DNA of 64,000 nt, taken from positions 4,583 to 68,582 of the forward strand of contig JBBRDD010000002.1 in assembly GCA_038204235.1 (NCBI GenBank), written 5' to 3'. A program made the position numbers and the translations under genes. The stretch comes from Desulfobulbales bacterium (GTDB taxonomy: Bacteria; Desulfobacterota; Desulfobulbia; Desulfobulbales; Desulfocapsaceae). Position 1 is the first letter of the stretch; the number at the start of each line of letters is the position of its first letter. The notes under the pieces are model-generated. The model did no database searches. It had not been told where the DNA came from and worked only from the letters and a program-made list of their open reading frames with translations. This document shows, one piece after another, positions 49,926 to 59,260 of the stretch.

Positions 49926-50406
49926 TTTTATTGAGGGGAATCTTCCCTTGTGTTATCGGTATTTTCAACAAAGCTATTGGTAACCTACGGGCAGTTCGCC
50001 CGCCTTATCTTCCTGATTTACGATCATTTTCCCAACGCAAGTCCGGAATATCGGAATATTACATAGACAGCTGACAGGAGAAGGTGCAATACAGCGGTTC
50101 ATACTGATTTATACATGCAATACCTTAGCATAGCAGGACAAGCATTTACAGGCGTGAAAAGTTGCTACCACGTGGATCTTCATCAAGCTTTTCAGAATAT
50201 CCAGCGCTCCCTGTACCCAGGAAAATTCCTTGGCAAGGCTTTTCAGTTCAGGGCTTACACGAAACAGAAAACCTTGCGAAACCAGAGGGGAAATGATAGC
50301 CTGAATTCACTGTCAGTTCCTGCCAGAAAAGAGCAGAAAATCCAAAAAAAACACACTACAACGTGTTTTATATATTAATAATTTTAGCACGGGAGGTTAT
50401 TACTTC

Positions 50407-51411
50407 ATGATCAATATTGCTGTTGTTGGGTTTGGCTATTGGGGACCGAATCTTGTTCGCAATTTCCAGGAATCTGAAAATACACGGGTGGTGACTTGCT
50501 GCGACAAGAATCCCGAACGTCTCAAACAGATAAAAACCAAGTATCCGTCAATTGAAACCCTCAGTGCATTTGATGATGTGGTGAAAAACCCTAATATAGA
50601 TGCAGTGGTAATAGCCACTCCAGTTGGCACACACTATGAGTTTGCCAGGAAAGCGTTCGAGAATGGCAAGCATGTATTGGTCGAAAAACCGGTGACCGCC
50701 TCAGTCGCTGAGGCTGAAAAACTCGTCGAACTGGCAGAAAAGAGCGGGCTGACGTTTATGGTCGATCACACGTTTATCTACACGGGCGCCGTTCGTAAAA
50801 TGAAAGAGCTCATCGACCAGGGCAGCCTTGGAGATCTCTATTATTTTGACTCGGTTCGTATTAATCTCGGCTTGATTCAGCGTGACGTCAATGTCCTGTG
50901 GGACCTGGCTCCTCATGATATTGCCATTCTCGACCACCTCGTCAAAGAAAAGCCGATCAGTGTAAGTGCTACCGGTGCATGTCATGTCGGCAATGGTCTT
51001 GAGGATGTAGCATACCTCACTGTACATTTTGCCAGCGGGCTTATCGCCCACTTTCACAATAACTGGCTTTCGCCGGTAAAAGTCCGAACCATGCTCATTG
51101 GGGGAAGTAAAAAAACGATTCATTACGACGATATGGAAATAAGCGAGAAGGTCAAGATCTACGACAGGGGAATAGATGTTTCGACACCTGAAGGCGTTCG
51201 GGATGTCATGGTCTCCTACAGACTAGGTGACATGTGGGCCCCAAGACTGGACACGAGTGAAGCTCTCCGGCTGGTGGCAGCTGAGTTTGGAGAATGCGTA
51301 GAGACTGGTCGTACCCCCGTAACGGACGGAATCAGCGGTTTGAACGTAGTGAAAATCCTCGAAGCCTCCGAGATGTCGATTAAGCACGGCGGTAAAGAGG
51401 TTAAATTATGA
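50407..51411 (+). CDS. Gfo/Idh/MocA NDP-sugar 3-dehydrogenase (WbpB/WlbA-like)
   Basis: GFGYWGPN, HVLVEKP and WDLAPHD motifs; adjacent to acetyl- and aminotransferase genes. Confidence 0.85.
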   Translation: MINIAVVGFGYWGPNLVRNFQESENTRVVTCCDKNPERLKQIKTKYPSIETLSAFDDVVKNPNIDAVVIATPVGTHYEFARKAFENGKHVLVEKPVTASVAEAEKLVELAEKSGLTFMVDHTFIYTGAVRKMKELIDQGSLGDLYYFDSVRINLGLIQRDVNVLWDLAPHDIAILDHLVKEKPISVSATGACHVGNGLEDVAYLTVHFASGLIAHFHNNWLSPVKVRTMLIGGSKKTIHYDDMEISEKVKIYDRGIDVSTPEGVRDVMVSYRLGDMWAPRLDTSEALRLVAAEFGECVETGRTPVTDGISGLNVVKILEASEMSIKHGGKEVKL

Positions 51412-53018
51412 GTGATACGGAGAAGCAGAGTTTAAAAAATGTGACGCTTGGGAACAATGTCCGATTGGCTGATTTTATCAATCTCTATGGTTGCGAGGTA
51501 GGCGACAACTCGGGAATTGGTGCATTTGTCGAGGTCCAGAAGAATGCCAAGATCGGCAGAAACGTCAAAATTTCCAGCCATACTTTTATTTGTGAAGGTG
51601 TAACTATTGAAGACGATGTATTCGTGGGCCATAACGTCTCCTTCATAAACGACAAATTTCCGCAAGCCACCTCGGATGGAAAGCCACAGACCGAGGCTGA
51701 TTGGACATGCATCCCCACCCTGGTAAAAAAGGGGGCGTCCATAGGCACCAGTGCAACGATCCTCTGTGGGGTCACCATCGGCGAGAATGCTTTAATAGGG
51801 GCGGGAAGCGTGGTCACCCGCGACGTTCCAGCAAATACGATTGTCTCTGGAATACCGGCCCGTTTCATACGCCATACCAGTGGGGGTTCCATGATTGATG
51901 AGGACGTTGCAAAACCGGTACCGTTTCTCGATCTGAAAGCACAGTACCAGACCATCAAATCGGAGATCCAGCCGGCAATAAATCGGGTACTGGACAATTG
52001 TTCCTATATCCTTGGAGCGGAGGTCGCCGCTTTCGAGAAAGCCTTTGCAGCACATCATAGCGCAGCGTCAGGGATCGCGGTAAACTCCGGAACCAGTGCT
52101 CTTCACCTTGCACTGCTCGCAGCCGGTATCGGCCCCGGAGATGAGGTAATAACTGTTTCTTTCACCTTTGTTGCCACGACAGCGGCCATTGTTTATACAG
52201 GGGCAAAACCGGTTTTTATTGATGTTGATCCCAGTTCCCTGACCATGGATGTTAACATGATTGAGGCTGCCATCACCCCTCAAACAAAGTGCATCCTCCC
52301 CGTGCACATACACGGTCAGTCCGCCGATATGGACCCAATCATGGCTATAGCCCGAAAGCACGGCTTGATAGTTATCGAGGACGCCTGCCAGGCACATGGC
52401 GCAGAATACAAAGAAAGGCGTGTCGGAAGCATTGGCGACATGGGCTGTTTCAGTTTCTACCCGGGTAAGAATCTTGGCGCATATGGTGAAGGTGGATTTG
52501 TAACGACCAATGACAGCACCTACGATAAGGCCATCCGCATGTTGCGTGATTGGGGTTCAGAGGTCAAATACAACCATGTCCTCAAAGGATACAACTATCG
52601 TATGGAGGGACTACAGGGAGCCATCCTGCAGGTCAAACTTCCCCATCTGGAAAAATGGACTGAAGCACGTCGCAGTCTTGCAGTCCGGTACAGCCAATTG
52701 CTAAAAGATGCCGGTGTCAAGCTTCCCAAGGAGGCGGCTTCCAACCGACATGTTTATCATGTTTATGCTATTCGCGTACCACAGCGGGACAATTTCCAGA
52801 ATATATTGTCATCACAGGGAGTGCAGTCCGGTATCCACTACCCGATTCCAGTCCATCTCCAGCCTGCTTACGCCGACTTGGGTTACAAGGTCGGTGATTT
52901 CCCAATTTCGGAAGCTGCCGCCAATGAGGTACTTTCCCTGCCGATGTTTCCGGAGTTGACCGAGAAACAGCAGGACCGAGTTGTTCAGGCAGTAAAAAAC
53001 GCTTTCAAGGCACTTTGA
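51408..53018 (+). CDS. Fused LbH N-acetyltransferase (WbpD/WlbB-like) and DegT aminotransferase (WbpE/WlbC-like)
   Basis: N-terminal IGAFVEVQK, KISSHTFICEG and FINDKFP motifs. C-terminal VPFLDL, SGTSALH, EDACQAHG and SFYPGKNLG motifs. Confidence 0.88.
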   Translation: MSDTEKQSLKNVTLGNNVRLADFINLYGCEVGDNSGIGAFVEVQKNAKIGRNVKISSHTFICEGVTIEDDVFVGHNVSFINDKFPQATSDGKPQTEADWTCIPTLVKKGASIGTSATILCGVTIGENALIGAGSVVTRDVPANTIVSGIPARFIRHTSGGSMIDEDVAKPVPFLDLKAQYQTIKSEIQPAINRVLDNCSYILGAEVAAFEKAFAAHHSAASGIAVNSGTSALHLALLAAGIGPGDEVITVSFTFVATTAAIVYTGAKPVFIDVDPSSLTMDVNMIEAAITPQTKCILPVHIHGQSADMDPIMAIARKHGLIVIEDACQAHGAEYKERRVGSIGDMGCFSFYPGKNLGAYGEGGFVTTNDSTYDKAIRMLRDWGSEVKYNHVLKGYNYRMEGLQGAILQVKLPHLEKWTEARRSLAVRYSQLLKDAGVKLPKEAASNRHVYHVYAIRVPQRDNFQNILSSQGVQSGIHYPIPVHLQPAYADLGYKVGDFPISEAAANEVLSLPMFPELTEKQQDRVVQAVKNAFKAL

Positions 53019-53083
53019 AAACCAAAGCGCAATGCATAACTAACGAAACTTACGGAACCTGGAAGTTCATAAGGAGATAGAGC

Positions 53084-54058
53084 GTGAAGATACAAGGCAA
53101 CAAATTTCTAATTACCGGCGGTGCCGGTCTGATGGGATCACACATAACCGACAGGCTTTTAGCTGGTGGCGCATCGAAAATAGTCCTTCTCGACAATTTC
53201 GTCCGCGGCAGCATGCATAATATCGAAGAAGCCCTTAAAGATCCAAGAGTAGAGTTGGTCCGAGGCGACATCCGCAATCTCGAGTTACTTATGGACCTCG
53301 CCGATGGCATGGACGGCCTGTTTCACATGGCAGCTTTAAGAATTACTGCCTGTGCCGATGATCCCCGGGAGGGCATGGAAGTGATGCTCATGGGTACCCA
53401 CAATGTACTCCAGACTGTCGTTGAGAAAAAAGTCGGCAGATTACTCTATGCGTCATCTGCCTCTATTTATGGACTTGCTGATTCATTTCCCACTGACGAA
53501 AAACACCACCCCTACAATAACCGGACCTATTATGGTGCCGCCAAGATAGCTGGCGAAGGCATGGTTCGATCATTTGCCGAAATGTACGGCCTCTCCTATG
53601 CTGCCCTCCGTTATTTCAATGTTTACGGACCTCGCATGGATATATATGGAAAGTATACGGAGGTTCTCATCCGCTGGCTTGATAAGGTTGAGGCTGGAGA
53701 GCCGCCACTTATCTTCGGTGACGGCCTCCAGACTATGGATATGATCAATATCGCTGATGTCACCGATGCCAATATGCTTGCCATGGAGTCCGACGTTACC
53801 GATGAGGTCTTCAATGTCGCCAGCGGTACAGAAACAAGCCTATTGGACCTCCTTCGAACCCTGCTTAAGGTCACCGGTTCACCTCTGGAGCCGGAATTTT
53901 TACCGGAGCGTTCCGTCAATCCTGTTCCACGACGACTGGCAGATACAAGCAAGGCCGAAAAACTCCTGGGATTCAAGGCAAAAGTAAACGTGGAAGAGGG
54001 ATTGAAACGTTTATTATCATGGCGCGAAGAAATTCTGGCGGCTAAAAAATCAGGCTGA
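53084..54058 (+). CDS. NAD-dependent NDP-sugar epimerase/dehydratase (extended SDR)
   Basis: TGGAGLMG, SSASIYG, YGAAK and RYFNVYGP motifs. Confidence 0.9.
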   Translation: MKIQGNKFLITGGAGLMGSHITDRLLAGGASKIVLLDNFVRGSMHNIEEALKDPRVELVRGDIRNLELLMDLADGMDGLFHMAALRITACADDPREGMEVMLMGTHNVLQTVVEKKVGRLLYASSASIYGLADSFPTDEKHHPYNNRTYYGAAKIAGEGMVRSFAEMYGLSYAALRYFNVYGPRMDIYGKYTEVLIRWLDKVEAGEPPLIFGDGLQTMDMINIADVTDANMLAMESDVTDEVFNVASGTETSLLDLLRTLLKVTGSPLEPEFLPERSVNPVPRRLADTSKAEKLLGFKAKVNVEEGLKRLLSWREEILAAKKSG

Positions 54059-54151
54059 TTGCATGTGCGTGCCGGGGTATCATAATAAAACATCCTTATG
54101 ATACCTAAGTCTTATATCAATGATATCTATAATCAGTTAACAGGAAAAACA

Positions 54152-55399
54152 ATGATCCCCATAGCCAAACCGTTCCTCGGTGAAGAGGAGGCCAATGCCG
54201 CTCGAGAAGTGATTCTCTCCGGGTGGCTGACCCAAGGTCCTAAAGTCAAAAAATTTGAAGAAGACTTCGCAGCATACGTCGGTTCACCTTATGCCTGTGC
54301 TGTATCCAGTTGCACCACGGCACTGCATCTGGCACTCCTGGCGGTTGGGGTTCAACCCGGCGACATTGTCATTACGGCCAGCCACTCCTTTATTGCCACG
54401 GCGAACTCAGTCCGGTACTGCTTTGCTGAACCGGTATTCGTCGACATAGATCCATCCTCCTTCAACTTGAGTCCGGAAAGCCTCAGCAGATGCCTTGCCG
54501 ATGATTGTGAAATGCGGGACGGAAAACTCTATTATCGTCATGTTGCAAAACTGGCAGTCGGTGAATCTCCCCTGTGCTGGCTGACCAGGGGGGCTTCATC
54601 AGGGGCCGATCATCCCATTGGTCGTATTGCCGCAATCATGCCGGTGCACCAGATGGGCATGCCTTGCGACATGGCCGCTATACTAGCTATTGCCAAAGAA
54701 TTCAATCTGCCGGTGGTTGAGGATGCGGCATGCGCCATCGGCAGTGAGATAAAAATAAACGGCGACTGGCAAAGAATCGGCAGGCCACAGGGCGATATTG
54801 CCTGTTTTTCTTTTCATCCCAGGAAAATAGTCGCCATCGGCGACGGTGGCATGATAACAACGGCCAACCCCGAATATGACGCCCGGTTCCGCCTGCTGCG
54901 ACAGCATGGCATGTCGGTTCCCGATACCGTGCGGCACAACGCCAACAAGGTGATCTTTGAAGAGTATGTGACCACGGCATACAACTACCGGATGACCGAC
55001 ATACAGGCAGCCATCGGGATTGAGCAGTTGAAAAGACTCCCGGTGATTATGAACGAGCGAAGAAGGATAGCTGCTCTTTATCATGAGAAGCTTAAGGAAA
55101 TAACATGGCTGGAACCGCCACGGGAATCGGACTGGTGCAAAACGAACTGGCAGAGCTACCCGGTGAAAGTCCATGACCACGCACCGGTAAGCCGCGACCA
55201 CCTGATGCAGCATCTGCTGGATGCGGGCATTTCGACACGCCGCGGGATCATGAATACCCATCAGGAACCTGCATATACAGCTGTCTGTAATCTTCCTCAA
55301 TCGGAAAAGGCCAGAGATTCAGTCATCCTTCTCCCCCTTTTCTATGGATTAACAGATGAAGAGGTGGAGATTGTCGTGAAAGGGATCCTCAGTGTCTAA
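54152..55399 (+). CDS. DegT/DnrJ/EryC1/StrS aminotransferase
   Basis: MIPIAKP, SSCTTALH, EDAACA, SFHPRK and NYRMTD motifs. Confidence 0.92.
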   Translation: MIPIAKPFLGEEEANAAREVILSGWLTQGPKVKKFEEDFAAYVGSPYACAVSSCTTALHLALLAVGVQPGDIVITASHSFIATANSVRYCFAEPVFVDIDPSSFNLSPESLSRCLADDCEMRDGKLYYRHVAKLAVGESPLCWLTRGASSGADHPIGRIAAIMPVHQMGMPCDMAAILAIAKEFNLPVVEDAACAIGSEIKINGDWQRIGRPQGDIACFSFHPRKIVAIGDGGMITTANPEYDARFRLLRQHGMSVPDTVRHNANKVIFEEYVTTAYNYRMTDIQAAIGIEQLKRLPVIMNERRRIAALYHEKLKEITWLEPPRESDWCKTNWQSYPVKVHDHAPVSRDHLMQHLLDAGISTRRGIMNTHQEPAYTAVCNLPQSEKARDSVILLPLFYGLTDEEVEIVVKGILSV

Positions 55400-56045
55400 A
55401 AAACTTTTGCTCTTCCCCTTCGGTGGCAACGCAAGAGAAGCTCTCGTATCGATTTTCGCCATGAACGAAAATAAGGACGAATGGGACCTTCTTGGATTTG
55501 TCGATGATAATATTTCAACGCATAGCAAGGAGTGCTGTGGCATCAGGGTACTTGGCGGAAGGGAAGTTTTCGCACAATACCCCGACGCCTACGTCCTTGC
55601 TGTACCCGGAAGCCCGACTTCCTTTTCCAGACGAAACGACATCATCCGCGGCCTCAACCTAGCAAAGTCACGCTTCGCGACCATCGTCCATCCCTCCGTG
55701 GTAACAGCCCCAGACGCGACAATCGGCTACAACACCCTTATCATGTCCGGGGTTGTCGTCAGTTGCGGTGTCACGATTGGAAACCATTGCCTGATTCTAC
55801 CCAACACAGTGGTTTCCCATGACAGTGTTGTGGAGGACCACTGCTGTATTGGCTCGAACATATCCATTTCCGGATCTGTTCATATCGGCTCCACTTGTTA
55901 TATCGGATCGGGAACAAAGATCCGCGAAGATATTTCCATAGGCAACGGGACGCTCATTGGTCTTGGTTCAAATGTTGTTTCTCATATTCCAGAAGGAGTT
56001 ATTGCTGTTGGAAGCCCTGCTAAAGTGGTAAAAAAGATAGTTTGA
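55392..56045 (+). CDS. NeuD/PglD-family sugar acetyltransferase
   Basis: GFVDD, ATIVHP, VSHD, hexapeptide repeats and GSPAK. Confidence 0.9.
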   Translation: MSKKLLLFPFGGNAREALVSIFAMNENKDEWDLLGFVDDNISTHSKECCGIRVLGGREVFAQYPDAYVLAVPGSPTSFSRRNDIIRGLNLAKSRFATIVHPSVVTAPDATIGYNTLIMSGVVVSCGVTIGNHCLILPNTVVSHDSVVEDHCCIGSNISISGSVHIGSTCYIGSGTKIREDISIGNGTLIGLGSNVVSHIPEGVIAVGSPAKVVKKIV

Positions 56046-56072
56046 TCCTTGACGTTCCCATTCTGCCCCAGA

Positions 56073-57278
56073 TCAGTCCAGATTGAACTTATTTCGGATC
56101 TTATCACACAGGTAGGATCCGATCGGGATGGCCGAGGTGGCCGCCGGAGAGGGAGCATTGCATACGTGCAGAGAGCGCCCGGTTTCAGCAAAGAGAAAAT
56201 CATGCACGAGAGTGCCGTCCGCTCGAACAGCCTGCGCGCGAACCCCGGCCGGATAGGGTTGCAGATCCCCTGCCGTCAGGCTCGGACAATATTTGCGCAC
56301 GCGCTGAAGATAACCAGGTTTATAGAAAGAGTCTTTGAATTCGCCCAGACCGGCCCAAAGGTTGCCTTGCAACACCTTCCAAAACCCCTTGAAGGTCAGC
56401 ATGTCCAGGGTGTCTTTCAGGTCCAGGTTATACCTGCCGTATCCTTCACGCTTCCATCCCACTACAGCATTGGGACCGACGGTTACCGAACCGTCGATCA
56501 TACGGGTCAGATGAACCCCTAAAAAAGGCAGGTCCGGGTCGGGGATAGGATAAATCAGATGTTTGACCAGCTTATTATGTTGCGCCCCAAGCTGGTAATA
56601 CTCTCCCCGAAAGGGCACGATGCGAAAATCAATGTCAATTCCGAGCATGGCGGCAATGCGATCGGCCATCAAGCCGCCGCAGGCGACCAGAAACGCCGTC
56701 CCCACCCATACAGATCCAAGCTGGATATTCACGGCAGTGTCGTCTTCTTTTAATGCTGTCACTGCCACACCCGTTTTGACATGGCCTCCCATGGCCGTAA
56801 ACTGTTTGGCCATTTCCGTGGTGATCTTTTTGTAGTCGGTAATTCCTGTAGCCGGTACAAGTACGGCTCCCAAACCGGTGATGTGCGGCTCCTCCTGTTG
56901 TAGTTCTTGCACGGTCAAGTGCTGTACCTCGATGCCGTTTTGGACACATCGTTCCGCCAATGCATCCATCCGTACCACTTCCTGATCATCTGTGGCCACC
57001 AGCAATTTACCGCATTGCATCATCGGGACCCCATGCTCCCGACAAAAGTCCATGGTCGCCATTGCCCCACGCCTGCAAAAGTCAGCCTTCAAACTACCTG
57101 GTTGATAATAGACGCCAGCGTGAATGACCCCGGAATTATGTCCAGTTTGGTGCTGTGCCAGGCCCGCTTCCTTCTCGATCAGCAATATGGCGGCATCAGG
57201 GTAGCGTTGCTGAAGTTGCCAGGCAGTGCTCGTACCCACAATACCCCCACCTATAATCACGAAATCGTATCTGTTCAT
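56073..57278 (-). CDS. lhgO: L-2-hydroxyglutarate oxidase
   Basis: IGGGIVG, HQTGHNSGVIHAGVYY.PGSLKA, PFLGVHLT, GVRAQA and CNAPSPAATS motifs. Confidence 0.92.
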   Translation of the reverse strand: MNRYDFVIIGGGIVGTSTAWQLQQRYPDAAILLIEKEAGLAQHQTGHNSGVIHAGVYYQPGSLKADFCRRGAMATMDFCREHGVPMMQCGKLLVATDDQEVVRMDALAERCVQNGIEVQHLTVQELQQEEPHITGLGAVLVPATGITDYKKITTEMAKQFTAMGGHVKTGVAVTALKEDDTAVNIQLGSVWVGTAFLVACGGLMADRIAAMLGIDIDFRIVPFRGEYYQLGAQHNKLVKHLIYPIPDPDLPFLGVHLTRMIDGSVTVGPNAVVGWKREGYGRYNLDLKDTLDMLTFKGFWKVLQGNLWAGLGEFKDSFYKPGYLQRVRKYCPSLTAGDLQPYPAGVRAQAVRADGTLVHDFLFAETGRSLHVCNAPSPAATSAIPIGSYLCDKIRNKFNLD

Positions 57279-57474
57279 AATGTGAGCCTTTCCAGTCGAA
57301 ATGATATTTTTATGTTTGTGGGGCACACCAGCGGATTATGGACACCATTGAAATGGAATAATCTTCTCCACTAGTATTTTGCTCATGGCATGCATTACGC
57401 ATGGGAAATAATCACTTGAATTACCATCTTTACAAGGATGCTGCCTTCCTAACAAAAACAGAAAAAAATCTGTA

Positions 57475-58119
57475 TTATGTGATACTGCGGTAACTGTAGG
57501 TGTAATACAAATACTTTATCATTTCACGGCTCAATTCCAGAAACTTTGTAAAATCAGAAGACGTACTCACTGCAGATTTGGCAGGATACACACCAACCGT
57601 AACGGGATGGCCGCGCAATACCTTCTCAAAAATCCACAATGATCTTCTGGAGTGATAATCTGAAGTTACAATGATAATACTGTGTATTCCCTTAGCGATA
57701 ATCTCTGTCCGGGAGTTCAGTGCATCGTAAATTGAACCGCTTGATGTATAGGCTAACTTGACGATTGCCTTTCTGGGAATCTGCATTCCCAATAATTCAG
57801 ATTCAGCCCATTCGACATGAAATAAATTACGGTGTTGTTCATCCGACCATGCACTCAATATTCCGTCATTAGTTAGCAGAATTTCTGGTGAGATCCCTTC
57901 TCGGAATAAACGTACGGCAGCCGGGAGACGTTCCGACATCGAACCTGCCATTACCACCAGGGCATCAGCATGGGATAAGGGCTTATCAACAATAAGAAAA
58001 TCTTCCAGCATTGGTGTGCTGAACTTGATGATCGTCCAACCAACAATAAGTAGCAGCAGTGAAAAAAGGAACGCCGTTCGAAGAGAGCCCGACACAAGAA
58101 ATTTATTGAAAAATTTCAC
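57475..58119 (-). CDS. YdcF/DUF218 (ElyC/SanA-like) protein
   Basis: N-terminal TM segment; DALVVMAG, ER and IVTSDYHSRR motifs. Confidence 0.85.
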   Translation of the reverse strand: MKFFNKFLVSGSLRTAFLFSLLLLIVGWTIIKFSTPMLEDFLIVDKPLSHADALVVMAGSMSERLPAAVRLFREGISPEILLTNDGILSAWSDEQHRNLFHVEWAESELLGMQIPRKAIVKLAYTSSGSIYDALNSRTEIIAKGIHSIIIVTSDYHSRRSLWIFEKVLRGHPVTVGVYPAKSAVSTSSDFTKFLELSREMIKYLYYTYSYRSIT

Positions 58120-58135
58120 TGTTTGCCATCCCCGG

Positions 58136-59260
58136 CTATCTGGTCGGTTTCCACATCACATCAGCTTTTCCTGATGTCCAGCGTAACCAACCAACCAATT
58201 GTGCAACAATGGTCAAAAGAAAAAATGAACAGAGCTGGGTCAATCGGCCTGTAAATAATTTATAAATTCCGGCAATACCAATACAGATAAAAAGGAGCTG
58301 CGCACCGGCAAAACCTGCGTAAAAAATCGCCTCATTCATAAGTAATATGGCGGCAATGAACACCCCAAAAAAGGAGAACGGCACGAGAAAACGTATTACC
58401 TTGTGAGAAAGCAGAAAAAAACTGAACGATCCATATATGAATGGATTGAGGAATTCAATATTGCGACCTATCGCCCTGAGAGTGCGATTGGTGATTCGAA
58501 CCTGTCGGCGGTATTCCTTTGTCTCATTTTCACCCGGCTGTTCGATGCAATATATTGCCGGATCGAGAACGACCCTTTTGCCTTGAGCAATTACATTCAG
58601 CGGAATTACAAAATCATTGATGTCACTATCCTGCAGAGGACGATAAAGGTTTTTCCTGATTGCAAAGACAGCACCATCAGCTCCAACACACGAGGACACA
58701 ATGCTCTCAGCCTTCTTGGTAATCATCTCCAGCCGTCCATACAGGCCAACCGTTTCTTCTGTCCCTCCAGGTACGCGATATTTCGTCCAACCCGTGACCA
58801 GGCCAATTTGATCACTGGCAAAATTGGCGGAAAATTTCTGCAGGAGGTCAGGTGGGAACATCGAATTTGCATCAGTGAAAATTATGATGTCGCCTGTAGC
58901 ATCGGGAACAACCTGATTCAGACAGGCTGTTTTGCCTTTTTGCTCAGAAAATGCCTTAAGTCTCACTGCGGATTCGCCAAAGGATGCGACGATTTCATTG
59001 GTTCGATCCGTCGAACCGTCGGAAACAACCAATATTTCGAGCAACTGTTCAGGATACAGGAGCTTAAGGGTGTTTTCCAACTTCTCACGGATTACCCCTT
59101 CTTCATTGTACACCGAAATAATAACAGAGATACGTTGTTTGGAATCACCAAGCTCCCAGTTCTTGCCGGCTATCCTGGCATAAACGGTAACGATAAAAGG
59201 ATAGAGCAGATAGGGATATACACACAATACAAACAGGATATAAAAAGATACCTCAATCAT
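58136..59260 (-). CDS. GT2 glycosyltransferase
   Basis: YNEE, SDGSTD, GKT, FTDAN, GADGA, NDF and EYRRQVRI motifs. Confidence 0.9.
   Translation of the reverse strand: MIEVSFYILFVLCVYPYLLYPFIVTVYARIAGKNWELGDSKQRISVIISVYNEEGVIREKLENTLKLLYPEQLLEILVVSDGSTDRTNEIVASFGESAVRLKAFSEQKGKTACLNQVVPDATGDIIIFTDANSMFPPDLLQKFSANFASDQIGLVTGWTKYRVPGGTEETVGLYGRLEMITKKAESIVSSCVGADGAVFAIRKNLYRPLQDSDINDFVIPLNVIAQGKRVVLDPAIYCIEQPGENETKEYRRQVRITNRTLRAIGRNIEFLNPFIYGSFSFFLLSHKVIRFLVPFSFFGVFIAAILLMNEAIFYAGFAGAQLLFICIGIAGIYKLFTGRLTQLCSFFLLTIVAQLVGWLRWTSGKADVMWKPTR

Noticed and set aside
57386-57401. TGGCATGCATTACGCA sigma-54-like motif
   Set aside because: It is on the plus strand and points antisense into the ydcF-like gene, with no gene to drive.
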